A program made the translations under genes and the position numbers. DNA of 41,195 nucleotides, taken from the NCBI GenBank assembly GCA_009602735.1, contig WELA01003597.1:353505-394699 (forward strand). The letters run 5' to 3'. Source of the stretch: Mesotaenium endlicherianum (Eukaryota). Shown piece by piece: positions 23,101 through 32,865 of the stretch. The notes below the pieces were generated by a model. The model had not been told where the DNA came from and ran no database searches. It was given only the letters and a program-made list of their open reading frames with translations. Position 1 is the first letter of the stretch. The number at the start of each line of letters is the position of its first letter.

Positions 23101-24463
23101 AGCTCACCCGAGGGCTCATCAGGGTCCCTTGCCTTCTTCCGGGGGCGAATTTAGCCCCAGCTGGAGAGGCAGGGGGGATTCGACGGGCTCTCCAGGCGCG
23201 AGCGCGCAGGCCCCCGAACCGCGCACCTCGCCTGGCCAGAGCGTGAGGCCGCTCACGCCGCCCGCGTCCTCACCATTGGGCCAGGTGGCGTCGTCAGGGA
23301 CCTCCTGGAAGGACTCCCCCACAGGCCAGCCGCAGCCGTCTGTGGGGCAGCCGTCTCAGGTGCAGTCGCCGGCCCTGGCCCGAATCCGGAGCACCAATGC
23401 GTCCATGAGCCCTGCCAGGCCTCCGCAGTCGCCAGGTGGCACCCCGCGGTCGGGAGTAAGCCCCGAGCTGATGCGGAGCTCGAGTTTGCGCAGCCTGGAG
23501 GAGATCGGCGTGCGCATCAACTCGGGCGCGCGCGAGATTCTCAAGGGCATGCGTGCCAGCAGCGCCTCGCCGACAGCTGGCGGCGGCGCGCGCCCCGCGC
23601 TCTCGCGCGCCAGCACCATGGGGCCAGGTGTCGTGGGGGCGGAGAGCCTTGTCCGCTTCGTGCCAGCACACCCGGACTCCTTCTCCAGCCCTCACATGGG
23701 CCCCGGCTCTGCCAAGGGAGCAGCGGGTGGCGGAGGCGCGGTCGGCGGCAATCCCTTGAGCATCGACAGCATGCAGCTGAGAGAGGCAAAGCTGCGGGCG
23801 GCGCAGCGCTCCGTCAGCATGCCCATGAAGCGCCAGTCGTCCAAGTCTCTGCTCGGCAGGAACAATTCCTCCAGGTGACGCTCCCACCTCCTCCACTGAC
23901 CCACGCTTCCCCCTGGCCCTCTTTGCTCTCTCCGCGCTGTCCCTTCTGCACTCACCTCATGCTGCTACGGCCTCCTGTGCCCCGGGCTTCCCACCAGCTT
24001 TGACTTGTGCCAGCCAGCGCCTGTGCTGGCAGTGCGCACCAATGCCTGTGCCTGAAGGGCAGTTGCCATTGGACGGCTCCTCCTGTGTGTACATGCGTGT
24101 GCGTGTGTGCGTGTGTATATGTGCGTGCGCGTGCACGTGCGAGCGCACGTGCGTGCCTAGGCCTCTGAGGCTCTTCTCGGTGTCTGCTCCTTAATGCTCC
24201 ACTATTCTTTGGCCTTGCTCTATGCTGCAAGACTCGTCGTGACCTCAGCTTTCCGCTCCAAGCGCTAACTGTGCCTCGTGCCTGTGCTGTGTGCGTGCTC
24301 CCCCCCGCATGGCAGCAGCAAGGGCAGCGACGCCAGCGAGGGCGAGCTGAGCCCCTCCGCCTCCTCCATGGCCAGCAGCCAGGGCTGGCGAGCCTCGCGC
24401 CCGCGCCGCCGCTCGCCCCTCGGCCTCTTCGGCTGCTTCGCGGGCTCCGCCACGTTCGACTGA
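13684..24463 (+). CDS. Giant (~2715 aa), mostly low-complexity protein of unknown family; proposed exons 13684-13749, 14994-15083, 15433-15523, 16122-23874, 24316-24463
   Basis: The 2589-codon ORF 16109-23878 has a cag|GT acceptor at 16121. Upstream small exons join in phase (0,0,1) from a gccATGG start at 13684. An AG|gtgacg donor at 23875 joins in phase 2 to an acceptor at 24315 (NAGNAG). Total 8148 nt is divisible by 3. The large exon is secure; the first and last exons are inferred. Confidence 0.8.
15708..15742. repeat. (CATG)8+ self-complementary microsatellite in an intron
   Basis: Direct reading. Confidence 0.95.
22046..22438 (+). repeat. Coding tandem repeat: 15 copies of [IVT]P[ILV]A[EKVQ][PY] with acidic spacers (mostly alternating 10/8 aa)
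   Basis: Read directly from the translation (VPIAEPNDEG IPVAEPEEDD IPIAEPDD ... IPLAQP); codons vary between copies. Confidence 0.95.
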
Positions 24464-25049
24464 GCAGATTTGGCAGAGCAGATTTAAAGGGGCTGGGCCA
24501 TGTAAGCCGCTGTGCGCGAGAGGAGGGAGGTGGCAGAGGGAGAGCCACGGGGCGCCTACAGGTCTTGTGGTTCTTTTTGAATCCCCCCCTAGAGGAGCAT
24601 GAAGACAAGAAAGTGGTTTCAGGGAGGGACGTTGATGGCAGGGAGGGAGTGGAGGGCGAGGCTGGACCTGGGTGAGGGGAGAGGAGGGGGTAAGGACAGA
24701 TATGCGGGTCTGGATGACCCTCCCGCTCGAGAGGGATAGAGCAAAAGGGGTAAGCGGCCTTCCTTAATTGACCCTCAGAAGGACCCTCGGGGGCAGCTTA
24801 GGAGGTTAGAGATACAACACTTCTGTAAGTTAGGTTGTTAATCACTCTCTTGCAGAGGGACCTTCGAGTAGGTAGATGCAGGGATGCTAAGGCTCTGCGG
24901 CAGAATGCCTGACAAGATCCTCTGCTCAATCATGGAGGCAGGATGCCTTCCTGGGCCCAAGTACACTTTGCGTAGCCATCATGTTTGAATAAGCGGAAGT
25001 ATATTAGGTGTCGAATAGCTCATGTTCACCAGTGCGCACACTTGTGAGC

Positions 25050-25052
<3 letters not shown>

Positions 25053-25084
<32 letters not shown>
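25053..25084. repeat. (TG)n microsatellite
   Basis: Direct reading; similar (TG/CA)n tracts occur near 6676-6705, 36669-36699 and 40646-40690. Confidence 0.95.
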
Positions 25085-25086
<2 letters not shown>

Positions 25087-26352
25087 GGGAGCCGCGCGTG
25101 CAGCGGGAATGTAAGAGAGGTACGTAGGGTGGTTGAACAGCTAAGGGACTGCGGGCATTTGGCTGTAAGTGCCTTAATGTGTGTCCTAAAGTGAGTGATT
25201 GCATGTGTACAGAAAAGCATATGAGAATACAGAACGTACCAGCGTCTTAATAGAAGGCAGACAAGCTCTTTGAAGTCTGATATGGTTTTGCCCGTGCTAT
25301 GTGCCCCTGGTTGCAGGCGTGTACTGCTATTCGCCGCTGCTTTGTAAGAGCTTGTAAGCAGATTGGCTGACACTACTTGGGAATTATGAGTGCTGCATGG
25401 GAGCTTCTTCACAAAAGGTTCAGATAAAAGGCATAAGGAAGGAATGATGATGCTACATTATATAAACATCTGTATATCGTGTAGCGTCTCCCATCAGTAG
25501 ACACCAAAAGCACACAAACTCATCCAATGTCCGTAACAGTCGGCTACGTGAGAATCTTTGATACCAATATGTATGATGCTGGCAGTACATGAGATTTAAG
25601 AGAATTTTTTGAGGGCAAAAGTACAGCCAATTCTGACAAGAATCCTAAAAAACTGCAAGAGTTTTGATGCTCAAAAGTGTTGACGAAGCAAACGAAAAAG
25701 AATAATGCCGCACCAAAAGATCTACTAGTCTATGCAAGTGAAGAGCCAGCTTCCTATTGGCAACCCCCTTGCCTTCTCCTACACAGCTGGCAATCAAGCT
25801 GACAATCAAGCATGAGTTTAAGCATGATGCTGCAGACTACTGTTGGTGATTGGATGCGGGAGAACCCCGATGAAGTTATTGTCCTTTATATATACCGTCC
25901 ATTGTACCTAAGCTGTGCTAATTACATGTACTATATACAAACATACAGGTCTTCCATTTACACGTGTCTTGGCTACCATGCACATGGTCGATTGCAGTAT
26001 GAAGTTTTAAATGCTTCTAGATGCTACCTGCAGCTAGCATGCTCATGCATGTGTGAGGGAGAAGGGAGACAGCAGGCGCTGCCTGTGTAGGGGACGGGGC
26101 ATCCCCGAATGGGTGCAGGTGCACTCAATCTTTTCAAACCTCAGGCTGCTGCTGTCAATATGCGCTATGGTATGTTGTCTGTACTAATCTGCAAGGAAAA
26201 AAATAGTAGTGACAGCTGGCGAGTCAGTCTCGAGAGAGCCCTGGCGCCAACAGCCGTTATTGCTTGAAGCCTGCTGGCAAGGGCGAGGGCGCCCCCACTT
26301 TGAGCCATCATTCTCGTCAAATCCCTTTTTCTCCCACGGGAGGAGGGGGGGG

Positions 26353-27050
26353 NNNNNNNNNNNNNNNNNNNNNNNNNNNNNNNNNNNNNNNNNNNNNNNN
26401 NNNNNNNNNNNNNNNNNNNNNNNNNNNNNNNNNNNNNNNNNNNNNNNNNNNNNNNNNNNNNNNNNNNNNNNNNNNNNNNNNNNNNNNNNNNNNNNNNNNN
26501 NNNNNNNNNNNNNNNNNNNNNNNNNNNNNNNNNNNNNNNNNNNNNNNNNNNNNNNNNNNNNNNNNNNNNNNNNNNNNNNNNNNNNNNNNNNNNNNNNNNN
26601 NNNNNNNNNNNNNNNNNNNNNNNNNNNNNNNNNNNNNNNNNNNNNNNNNNNNNNNNNNNNNNNNNNNNNNNNNNNNNNNNNNNNNNNNNNNNNNNNNNNN
26701 NNNNNNNNNNNNNNNNNNNNNNNNNNNNNNNNNNNNNNNNNNNNNNNNNNNNNNNNNNNNNNNNNNNNNNNNNNNNNNNNNNNNNNNNNNNNNNNNNNNN
26801 NNNNNNNNNNNNNNNNNNNNNNNNNNNNNNNNNNNNNNNNNNNNNNNNNNNNNNNNNNNNNNNNNNNNNNNNNNNNNNNNNNNNNNNNNNNNNNNNNNNN
26901 NNNNNNNNNNNNNNNNNNNNNNNNNNNNNNNNNNNNNNNNNNNNNNNNNNNNNNNNNNNNNNNNNNNNNNNNNNNNNNNNNNNNNNNNNNNNNNNNNNNN
27001 NNNNNNNNNNNNNNNNNNNNNNNNNNNNNNNNNNNNNNNNNNNNNNNNNN
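26353..27050. other. Assembly gap (N run) flanked by poly-G
   Basis: N run. Confidence 1.
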
Positions 27051-27251
27051 GGGGGGGGCCGGGGGGGCAGCTTCAGGAGAGGAGAAGGGAAAAGGAAAAG
27101 GGAGCAAAAGTAGCAGGTGGCCAGTGTGCCCAGCGTCATTTTGAGGGGACAGCGTTGCCCTCTCCTAAGGATGACATCTACCGCTAGCACAGGGCCCCTC
27201 CTAGGCACGTGCAGCTAGCTGGCAGTCTCAGGCCTAGCCCCGTAGGCCATC

Positions 27252-30200
27252 TTAGGCACAGCTGGCAGTGTCAGGCCGCTGCTGCTGCGGCTGCTGCTGC
27301 TGCTGGAGGGAGAGCGCGTGCGACGATCTCGGCGACGGTAGGGGGGGCTTCAGAAAAGTCTGCTGCGCCCCGCCTGCGCCCCTCCCCGGCAGCTTGAGCT
27401 CTTTCTCGGCAGGCGTTGATGGGGGGGCGGATGCGACACGTGGCACGGCCGCGGAGGGCCTTCCCACCCCCTCCTGCTGCCACGTGGAGGTGGCGGGCGC
27501 GACAGAGCTGCCGACACTTGGCGACCTCTCCATCGCCTGCGCCTGCACCTGTGGCTGTGGCTGGGCGTGCGGCTGCTGCTGGACAGCTCGCATTCCTGCC
27601 ACCGCCACGTCAGCAGCATCTACCACCTCCTGCTGGGGCTCCTCGTCCTCCTCCATGCTGGCGTCGGCCGCCGCCACCGCTACCACAGCCGAAGCTGCCA
27701 GCTGGCGCTCACGTGCGCTGTCACGCTCCTGCAGCTGTTCCTGCTGCTGCTCCATCTGGGACCACGTCCGGCAGCGCGCGCGCTTGCAGAGGGGGACAAC
27801 TGGCAGCGCCTCGCAGTTGCAGATCTCAATCATGTTGTCGTCGGGGTCGTGGAAGAAGATCTGGTTCACCACGATGCCGCCCTCAAACACCTGCTGCTTC
27901 ACGTACTTGATGCCGTGCGCCTCCAGCGCCGCCTCCACGTGTGCCAGGCTGTCGCACTGCCATTGGTCAACAAGGAGGAGAAATAGGAAGGAGAAGTGAG
28001 GGGGAGCGGGGAGGAGGAAGAGTGTCATGAGGAACAGGACGAGAGAATAGATGGGAGAGAGGGAGAGGGAGAGGGAGAGGAAGAGAGGGAGAAACAAAGA
28101 ATGTTCGTCGGCCTTTCTGGTGCCATTTGCAAAACCGCCCCCTGCCCCCCCCCCTCGCCGGGGAGACGGGCCTTTTGGCCTCCTTCTGTCCCCCTGCAAC
28201 CCTTTTAAACATAAGGAGCAATTTACGACCACAAGGAACCAGCAGCAGAAAGGGGACAACACTGTCCATCGCCCAGCGACAAGTGCCACGAGCGTCGAGG
28301 TGAGCAGACTGAGAGCGTACAATTGCAAGTGGATGCTGCAAGAGAAATAGCGACAATCACAAAGAGGGGTCTTGTGCTGGAAACTGTCCCCCCCNNNNNN
28401 NNNNNNNNNNNNNNNNNNNNNNNNNNNNNNNNNNNNNNNNNNNNNNNNNNNNNNNNNNNNNNNNNNNNNNNNNNNNNNNNNNNNNNNNNNNNNNNNNNNN
28501 NNNNNNNNNNNNNNNNNNNNNNNNNNNNNNNNNNNNNNNNNNNNNNNNCCCCCCCGAAAAGAAAAAGCACGTGGATGAGTACCAACAAATTCACTCCTAT
28601 CCTGTGGAGAAATTTGCTCTTTCATACCAATAAGCATACAGCCTCTGGAATGCTTTGACATTATTATTGAGATTTGACCACTACATTGAATAAAATAATC
28701 TTTTTATTCCTACTCATGATATGATCACTTTTACAATTTGCCCAGGGGGGGTAGGGCAGGGGGGCGGGGGGGGACATGACTATCTGCGGTGGACCTCGAC
28801 TGCGTGACACTCTGCTCCTCTCATTAATGACCAGTCGACAACAACAGCCCAAGACAGCACTCCCCGACTCTGACTCCAATGACGGACTTCCAGACCGCAC
28901 CCCCACCCAGCCCCGAGCCTCCCACCAAAGCTCTGCTCTGGCAGCAAGCGGAAAGGGGTGATGAAGCTCCTGCGGCCAATGACTCCAGCACCAGCTGCGG
29001 CTGCGGGCCAGCCATGGCTGCTGCGGCACTTCTGATGCTCTCTTGTGCACAAACTGGTGACATAGTTGCTGCCATTGTCGTCCTCTGAGCCAAGCCAGGC
29101 TGCCAGCCATGGCTGCTTCAGCGAGTCACTGGCCGCTACTGCCTACCAGCATTCAATGATGGCTACAAAGAGCGGTGGTGATGGGGCTATGCCAGGTGGC
29201 TGTTGGCCCGGCATGAACGCAAGCGTGCCAGGCTGGCTGCCTACCTGGAAGGACAGGTGGTCGTTGCGGGGGTTGATGTCTTTGGGCTTCCTGGCACTCT
29301 GATCCACGCTCTTCAAAAGATGCACGCCGATGCCATAGTTGAACAGCCTGCAGCAGCCCACATGAAATGCAGCAGGAGCATGGGCAATAGGCAGGGCAGG
29401 CAAGCAGGCAGGGAGGCGGGGACGTGGGAGGGGAGGGGGAGGGTGGGAGGCAGGAAAGGAGGCAGGGGCAAGAGAGGGAGGGGGGAGGGAGGGCCCTCTT
29501 TTGAGGGCAACAGGTGTCGATAGTGAGACGGGAGACGAGGGAGCGCACTCAAATTTCTCAAGAGGCAACCACACCGTACCATGAAGCAGGCCAAAGCAGG
29601 GAAAAATCCGCTGGTAGGAGGGAAAAGAAGGGGCAGGAGCGGGGGCGTAACGCGGCAGGACTCTATGCTGTCCTCTGAGGACATCTCCCATGCTGCAACA
29701 CCGCAGCAAGGTGTCAACCCCCCTCTTTTGACATATGGTACCCTCCCAGATGGTCAATTTTCACGAACAGCCTCCTAGTTTTTATCCATTCCTGTCCCGA
29801 TTGTTTTCATCATCCCAGCGCTCGTTTTCTAGCTTTCCAAAATAAGTCACAGGAACCAAATACGGTCTCAAGCAGGAAGATGAAAATTATTTATTCCTCC
29901 CCCATTCTCGTTCCCAGAGATTCTCGAAAAACGCCTGTCTGCATGTAAACACACAAGCCAGGACGGTATATGCTTTTTTGCACACGTATTTGCATTCTTG
30001 CACCTCCACACGTTCGTCAAAGAAATAGTGGGCTCAAGGACCAGCGCGTGCACGCGTCAGGCAAGGCATGCAGAAGTTCCGTAAGGGAAAGAATTGAAGG
30101 CTTGAAACTTACCAGGCGCCGTCAAAGTCGAGGCAGGCATCTGGTCTCTTGACTTCAATGAAGCCCAGAACGTCTGCATAAAAATCCAAGGAGCGGTGCA

Positions 30201-30273
30201 AAGACTTACACGTCCGAGAAATATGGTTGAGAGAGCGGAGAGGAAGGGGGGAGGGGCGCTCTTCGAAGTCCAT
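27252..30273 (-). CDS. Glyoxalase I-like / VOC-superfamily protein (plant GLXI-like, GLYI4/GLYI7 class), ~322 aa; exons 30273-30113, 29347-29245, 27956-27252
   Basis: Spliced translation MDFEERPSPLPLRSLNHISRTCKSLHRSLDFYADVLGFIEVKRPDACLDFDGAW|LFNYGIGVHLL...INPRNDHLSFQ|CDSLAHVEAALEAHGIKYVKQQVFEGGIVVNQIFFHDPDDNMIEICNCEALPVVPL. Canonical donors and acceptors are in phase, there is an in-frame TAA upstream of the ATG, and the stop TAA is at 27254-27252. Confidence 0.93.
28395..28548. other. Assembly gap (N run) flanked by poly-C, in GLXI-like intron 2
   Basis: N run. Confidence 1.
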
Positions 30274-30910
30274 TGCGTATTGAGGTTAGGTGAGAAAGGG
30301 CTACAGAAGCGACTGGGCCGACTCTGGCCTTCTTGCGGCAAGAGAAACCACTTGTGAGGGGATTCTAGAAAGAAATTATTCACTTCCAACTTGGAAATGC
30401 TGTTGCTGTCAAGCTCGTCTACTGTCGTCGGGGTTCACGGTACCCGGTGTTGGTCGTTATGGTGTTCCAAGGACCTTAAGCTGAACGTAAACTCTCAAAA
30501 GCTTATAAGGAAGCAGTGGAACGGGAGGCTTGAAGATAAACTTGTGTGACACTCGTCTGCAGCGCACGAGCTCATGGGGGGGCGGAATGGGTCCTGATGG
30601 CGCAGTGGTAGGAAGAGGGCGAGAGTAGCATGAGAAAGTGGCCAAGATGGCTCTCTTCGCCTACTCGCATCCCTTCGGTACGACTCTTGGCAATTCCAGG
30701 CTTGGTGCTGATTTCATGTTGTCGTCCATTCGGAGTAGCCCGCCCGCAGGAAAGTCCAACCTCCTCGTGCGCAAGCAAACGTGGCGATTATAAGGGAGGT
30801 GTTTGGTCAGGCCTTGGCAGTCACGATCTTTTGCCATGCTTGCCAGTCTAAAGATTATACGTTTTAAAAATGTGAAAAATGGTGAAAAAGCTATCACTTT
30901 CAAACCTCCT

Positions 30911-30940
30911 CCAGGCTCACCCAGGCTCACCCAGGCTCAC
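30911..30940 (+). repeat. (CCAGGCTCAC)3 tandem repeat upstream of the GLXI-like gene
   Basis: Three perfect 10-mers. Confidence 0.95.
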
Positions 30941-31538
30941 CTCTACAGTTTCCTCCAGTGCCACTGCGTTCATCCGAGTAGGACTGCCAGCCGTGCAGCC
31001 CAACGACATTACTGGCAATTATTTTTTCCTTCCACAACTATACACCTGTTAACACGTCACACACGCGGGACCAAAATCTGCTTAAGATTTCAAAGTGAAC
31101 GACAAGTCAGCTATCAAAATCCGTGTTGGTGCTGAGCCATTGCTGAGCATGCTGAGCTGCATATATTGAGGTGATATGAGCAGTGTACACTGCACATGTG
31201 CCGAACTGTGCTGAACAGTGTTACGGGCAGTTATGGCTGAAGACAAAAAAAAACATACATGAAGATCGACGGTCATCTCACTTCTTTTCCCTCATTCCGT
31301 GCTTGACATGTCACATAAGTCGGCTGCATGCAATGGCAGTTCCTGGGCCATCTATATCAAGCGCTCGACACCACTCGACACCACATTAAATTAAAGTTTT
31401 GCCCACTTTTACCTCATTGAAGGTTTGACACGAAACAGAGCGCGTGCGCACACGTACGAAGTGTAGTGTTTCTCGACGTCTGTCGTGTTGACTAAACTAA
31501 AGTGGCAGACAGCCACTACCAGGCCACTACCGACTTCC

Positions 31539-31583
31539 AGAACGAGAACGAGAACGAGAACGAGAACGAGAACGAGAACGAGA
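31539..31583 (+). repeat. (AGAACG)7 microsatellite
   Basis: Seven perfect hexamer units immediately upstream of element copy 1. Confidence 0.97.
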
Positions 31584-31596
31584 TGGTAGTTTATTG

Positions 31597-32187
31597 TCGT
31601 CAGTAAGGCGCCCCTCACGTAACTCTTGTGAGGGGGAATTAAGTAAGGGCCCTCGCTCGTGTGAGTGCTGGCCCGTACGCGTTCGAAATCGGAGATTTGC
31701 CACGCGAAAGCGTTCGACGTGAACGCTTTCTCTGTGCGGTCCCAGCGCGGCCCGCCCTTTCGCGACCGCCATAAAGTAGGGCTTGGCCATAACTTATTCC
31801 TCTTCGCTTTCGCTGAGGGAGTGCGTCCTTAGGGCGCTTCTCGTGAGCGGCCATGGCCAGGAGGAGCGAGGCGGAGCCTCGCCTAGGCCGCGAGGTAGCC
31901 CGCCATGGGGTCGTGGGAGAGGGCGCTCTTCCTCGCTAGCAGGGTTCGTGGGGTGGAAAGGTCGGGAGCGCCTGCTGCTGGGCAGCCATGGCCGCTCGTC
32001 GTTGCAGGCGGCCATGGCCGCCTGCCAGTTATGAGGGTGTTAGAGAGAGAGAGGGGTTAAGGGGGAGGAGGCATGGTGGAGGGAGGGAGGGAGGGAGGGT
32101 CGTTAGCGTCGACTTCGAGCGTCGACAGCGTTCGCACTGTTTTGACGCCTTATTTTGTCGTGATCGTTCGGCGTGTCTGTGAGGGGA
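31597..32187. mobile_element. Copy 1 of a ~640-bp-period tandem duplicated non-coding element (candidate non-autonomous Helentron/DINE-like or MITE)
   Basis: Colinear with 32236-32842 from TCGTCAGTAAGGCGCCCCTCACGTAAC to TGTGAGGGGA. It has CCCCTCAC (31611) ... GTGAGGGG (32179) inverted ends and a 5' internal inverted repeat. Duplication is seen directly; TE identity is inferred. Confidence 0.6.
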
Positions 32188-32235
32188 CGACAACATTGAA
32201 CGAGTATGTATGGTAGAACGAGGCCTGTTTTGTGT

Positions 32236-32865
32236 TCGTCAGTAAGGCGCCCCTCACGTAACGATCCGAGGGGGGAATCAGTAAGGGCCCTCGCTCGTGT
32301 GCGCGGTGGCCCGTACGCGCTCGAAATCAGAGCTTTACGACGCGAAAGCGTTCGTCGTGAACGCTTTTCTTGTGCGGCCCCAGTGCGGCTCACCCTTTCG
32401 CGATCGCCATAAATTGGGCCGTCGCCATAACTTATTCCTCTTCTTTTTTTTTCACTTCGCGTAGGCAGTGCGCCCTTGAGGCGCTTTTCGTGAGCGGCCA
32501 TGGCGAGCAAGAGCGAGGCCATGGCCGCGCCTGGGCCGCGAGGTAGCTCGTCATGGGGGCGTGGGAGAGGGCGCTCTTGCTCGTTAGATGGGTCGATGGG
32601 GTCAGGAAGGTCGGGAGCTCCTGCTGCTGGGCAGCCATGGCCCTCGTCGTCGCAGGCGGCCATGGCCGCCTGCTTGCTATGAAGGTGTAAGAGAAAGAGG
32701 GGTGGGAAGGGGAGGGAGAAAGGATGGAGGGAGGGAGGGAGGGAGGGGGGAGGTCGTGGCGTCGACTGGGAGCGTCGACAGCGTCTGCGCTGTTTCGACG
32801 CGGTTTTTTCTCGCGGACCTTCGGAGGGGCCTTGTGAGGGGAAATTTGTTGGTCCCCTCACAAGG
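32236..32865. mobile_element. Copy 2 of the tandem element, ending in a perfect 13-bp-stem hairpin (32830-32865)
   Basis: Diverged but clearly homologous to 31597-32187. Hairpin CCTTGTGAGGGGA-aatttgttgg-TCCCCTCACAAGG. Confidence 0.6.

Noticed and set aside
16399..23955. Many 100-380-aa antisense or alternate-frame ORFs over the giant exon
   Set aside because: Expected stop-codon scarcity opposite GC-rich coding sequence; the SSSGSA repeat is just the antisense of the IPIAEP array.
26165..27208. 300+ aa ORFs in several frames
   Set aside because: They only span the N gap.
30351..30362. CTTGTGAGGGGA matching the element's terminal motif, in the GLXI-like 5' region
   Set aside because: A single 12-bp match with no flanking homology; may be chance.
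31675..31695. GTTCGAAATC as a tRNA/SINE B-box
   Set aside because: Imperfect, no A-box or cloverleaf, and not conserved in copy 2 (GCTCGAAATC).
32103..32861. 252-aa minus-strand ORF in the tandem element
   Set aside because: The frame is not preserved in the other copy; no transposase or Rep motifs.
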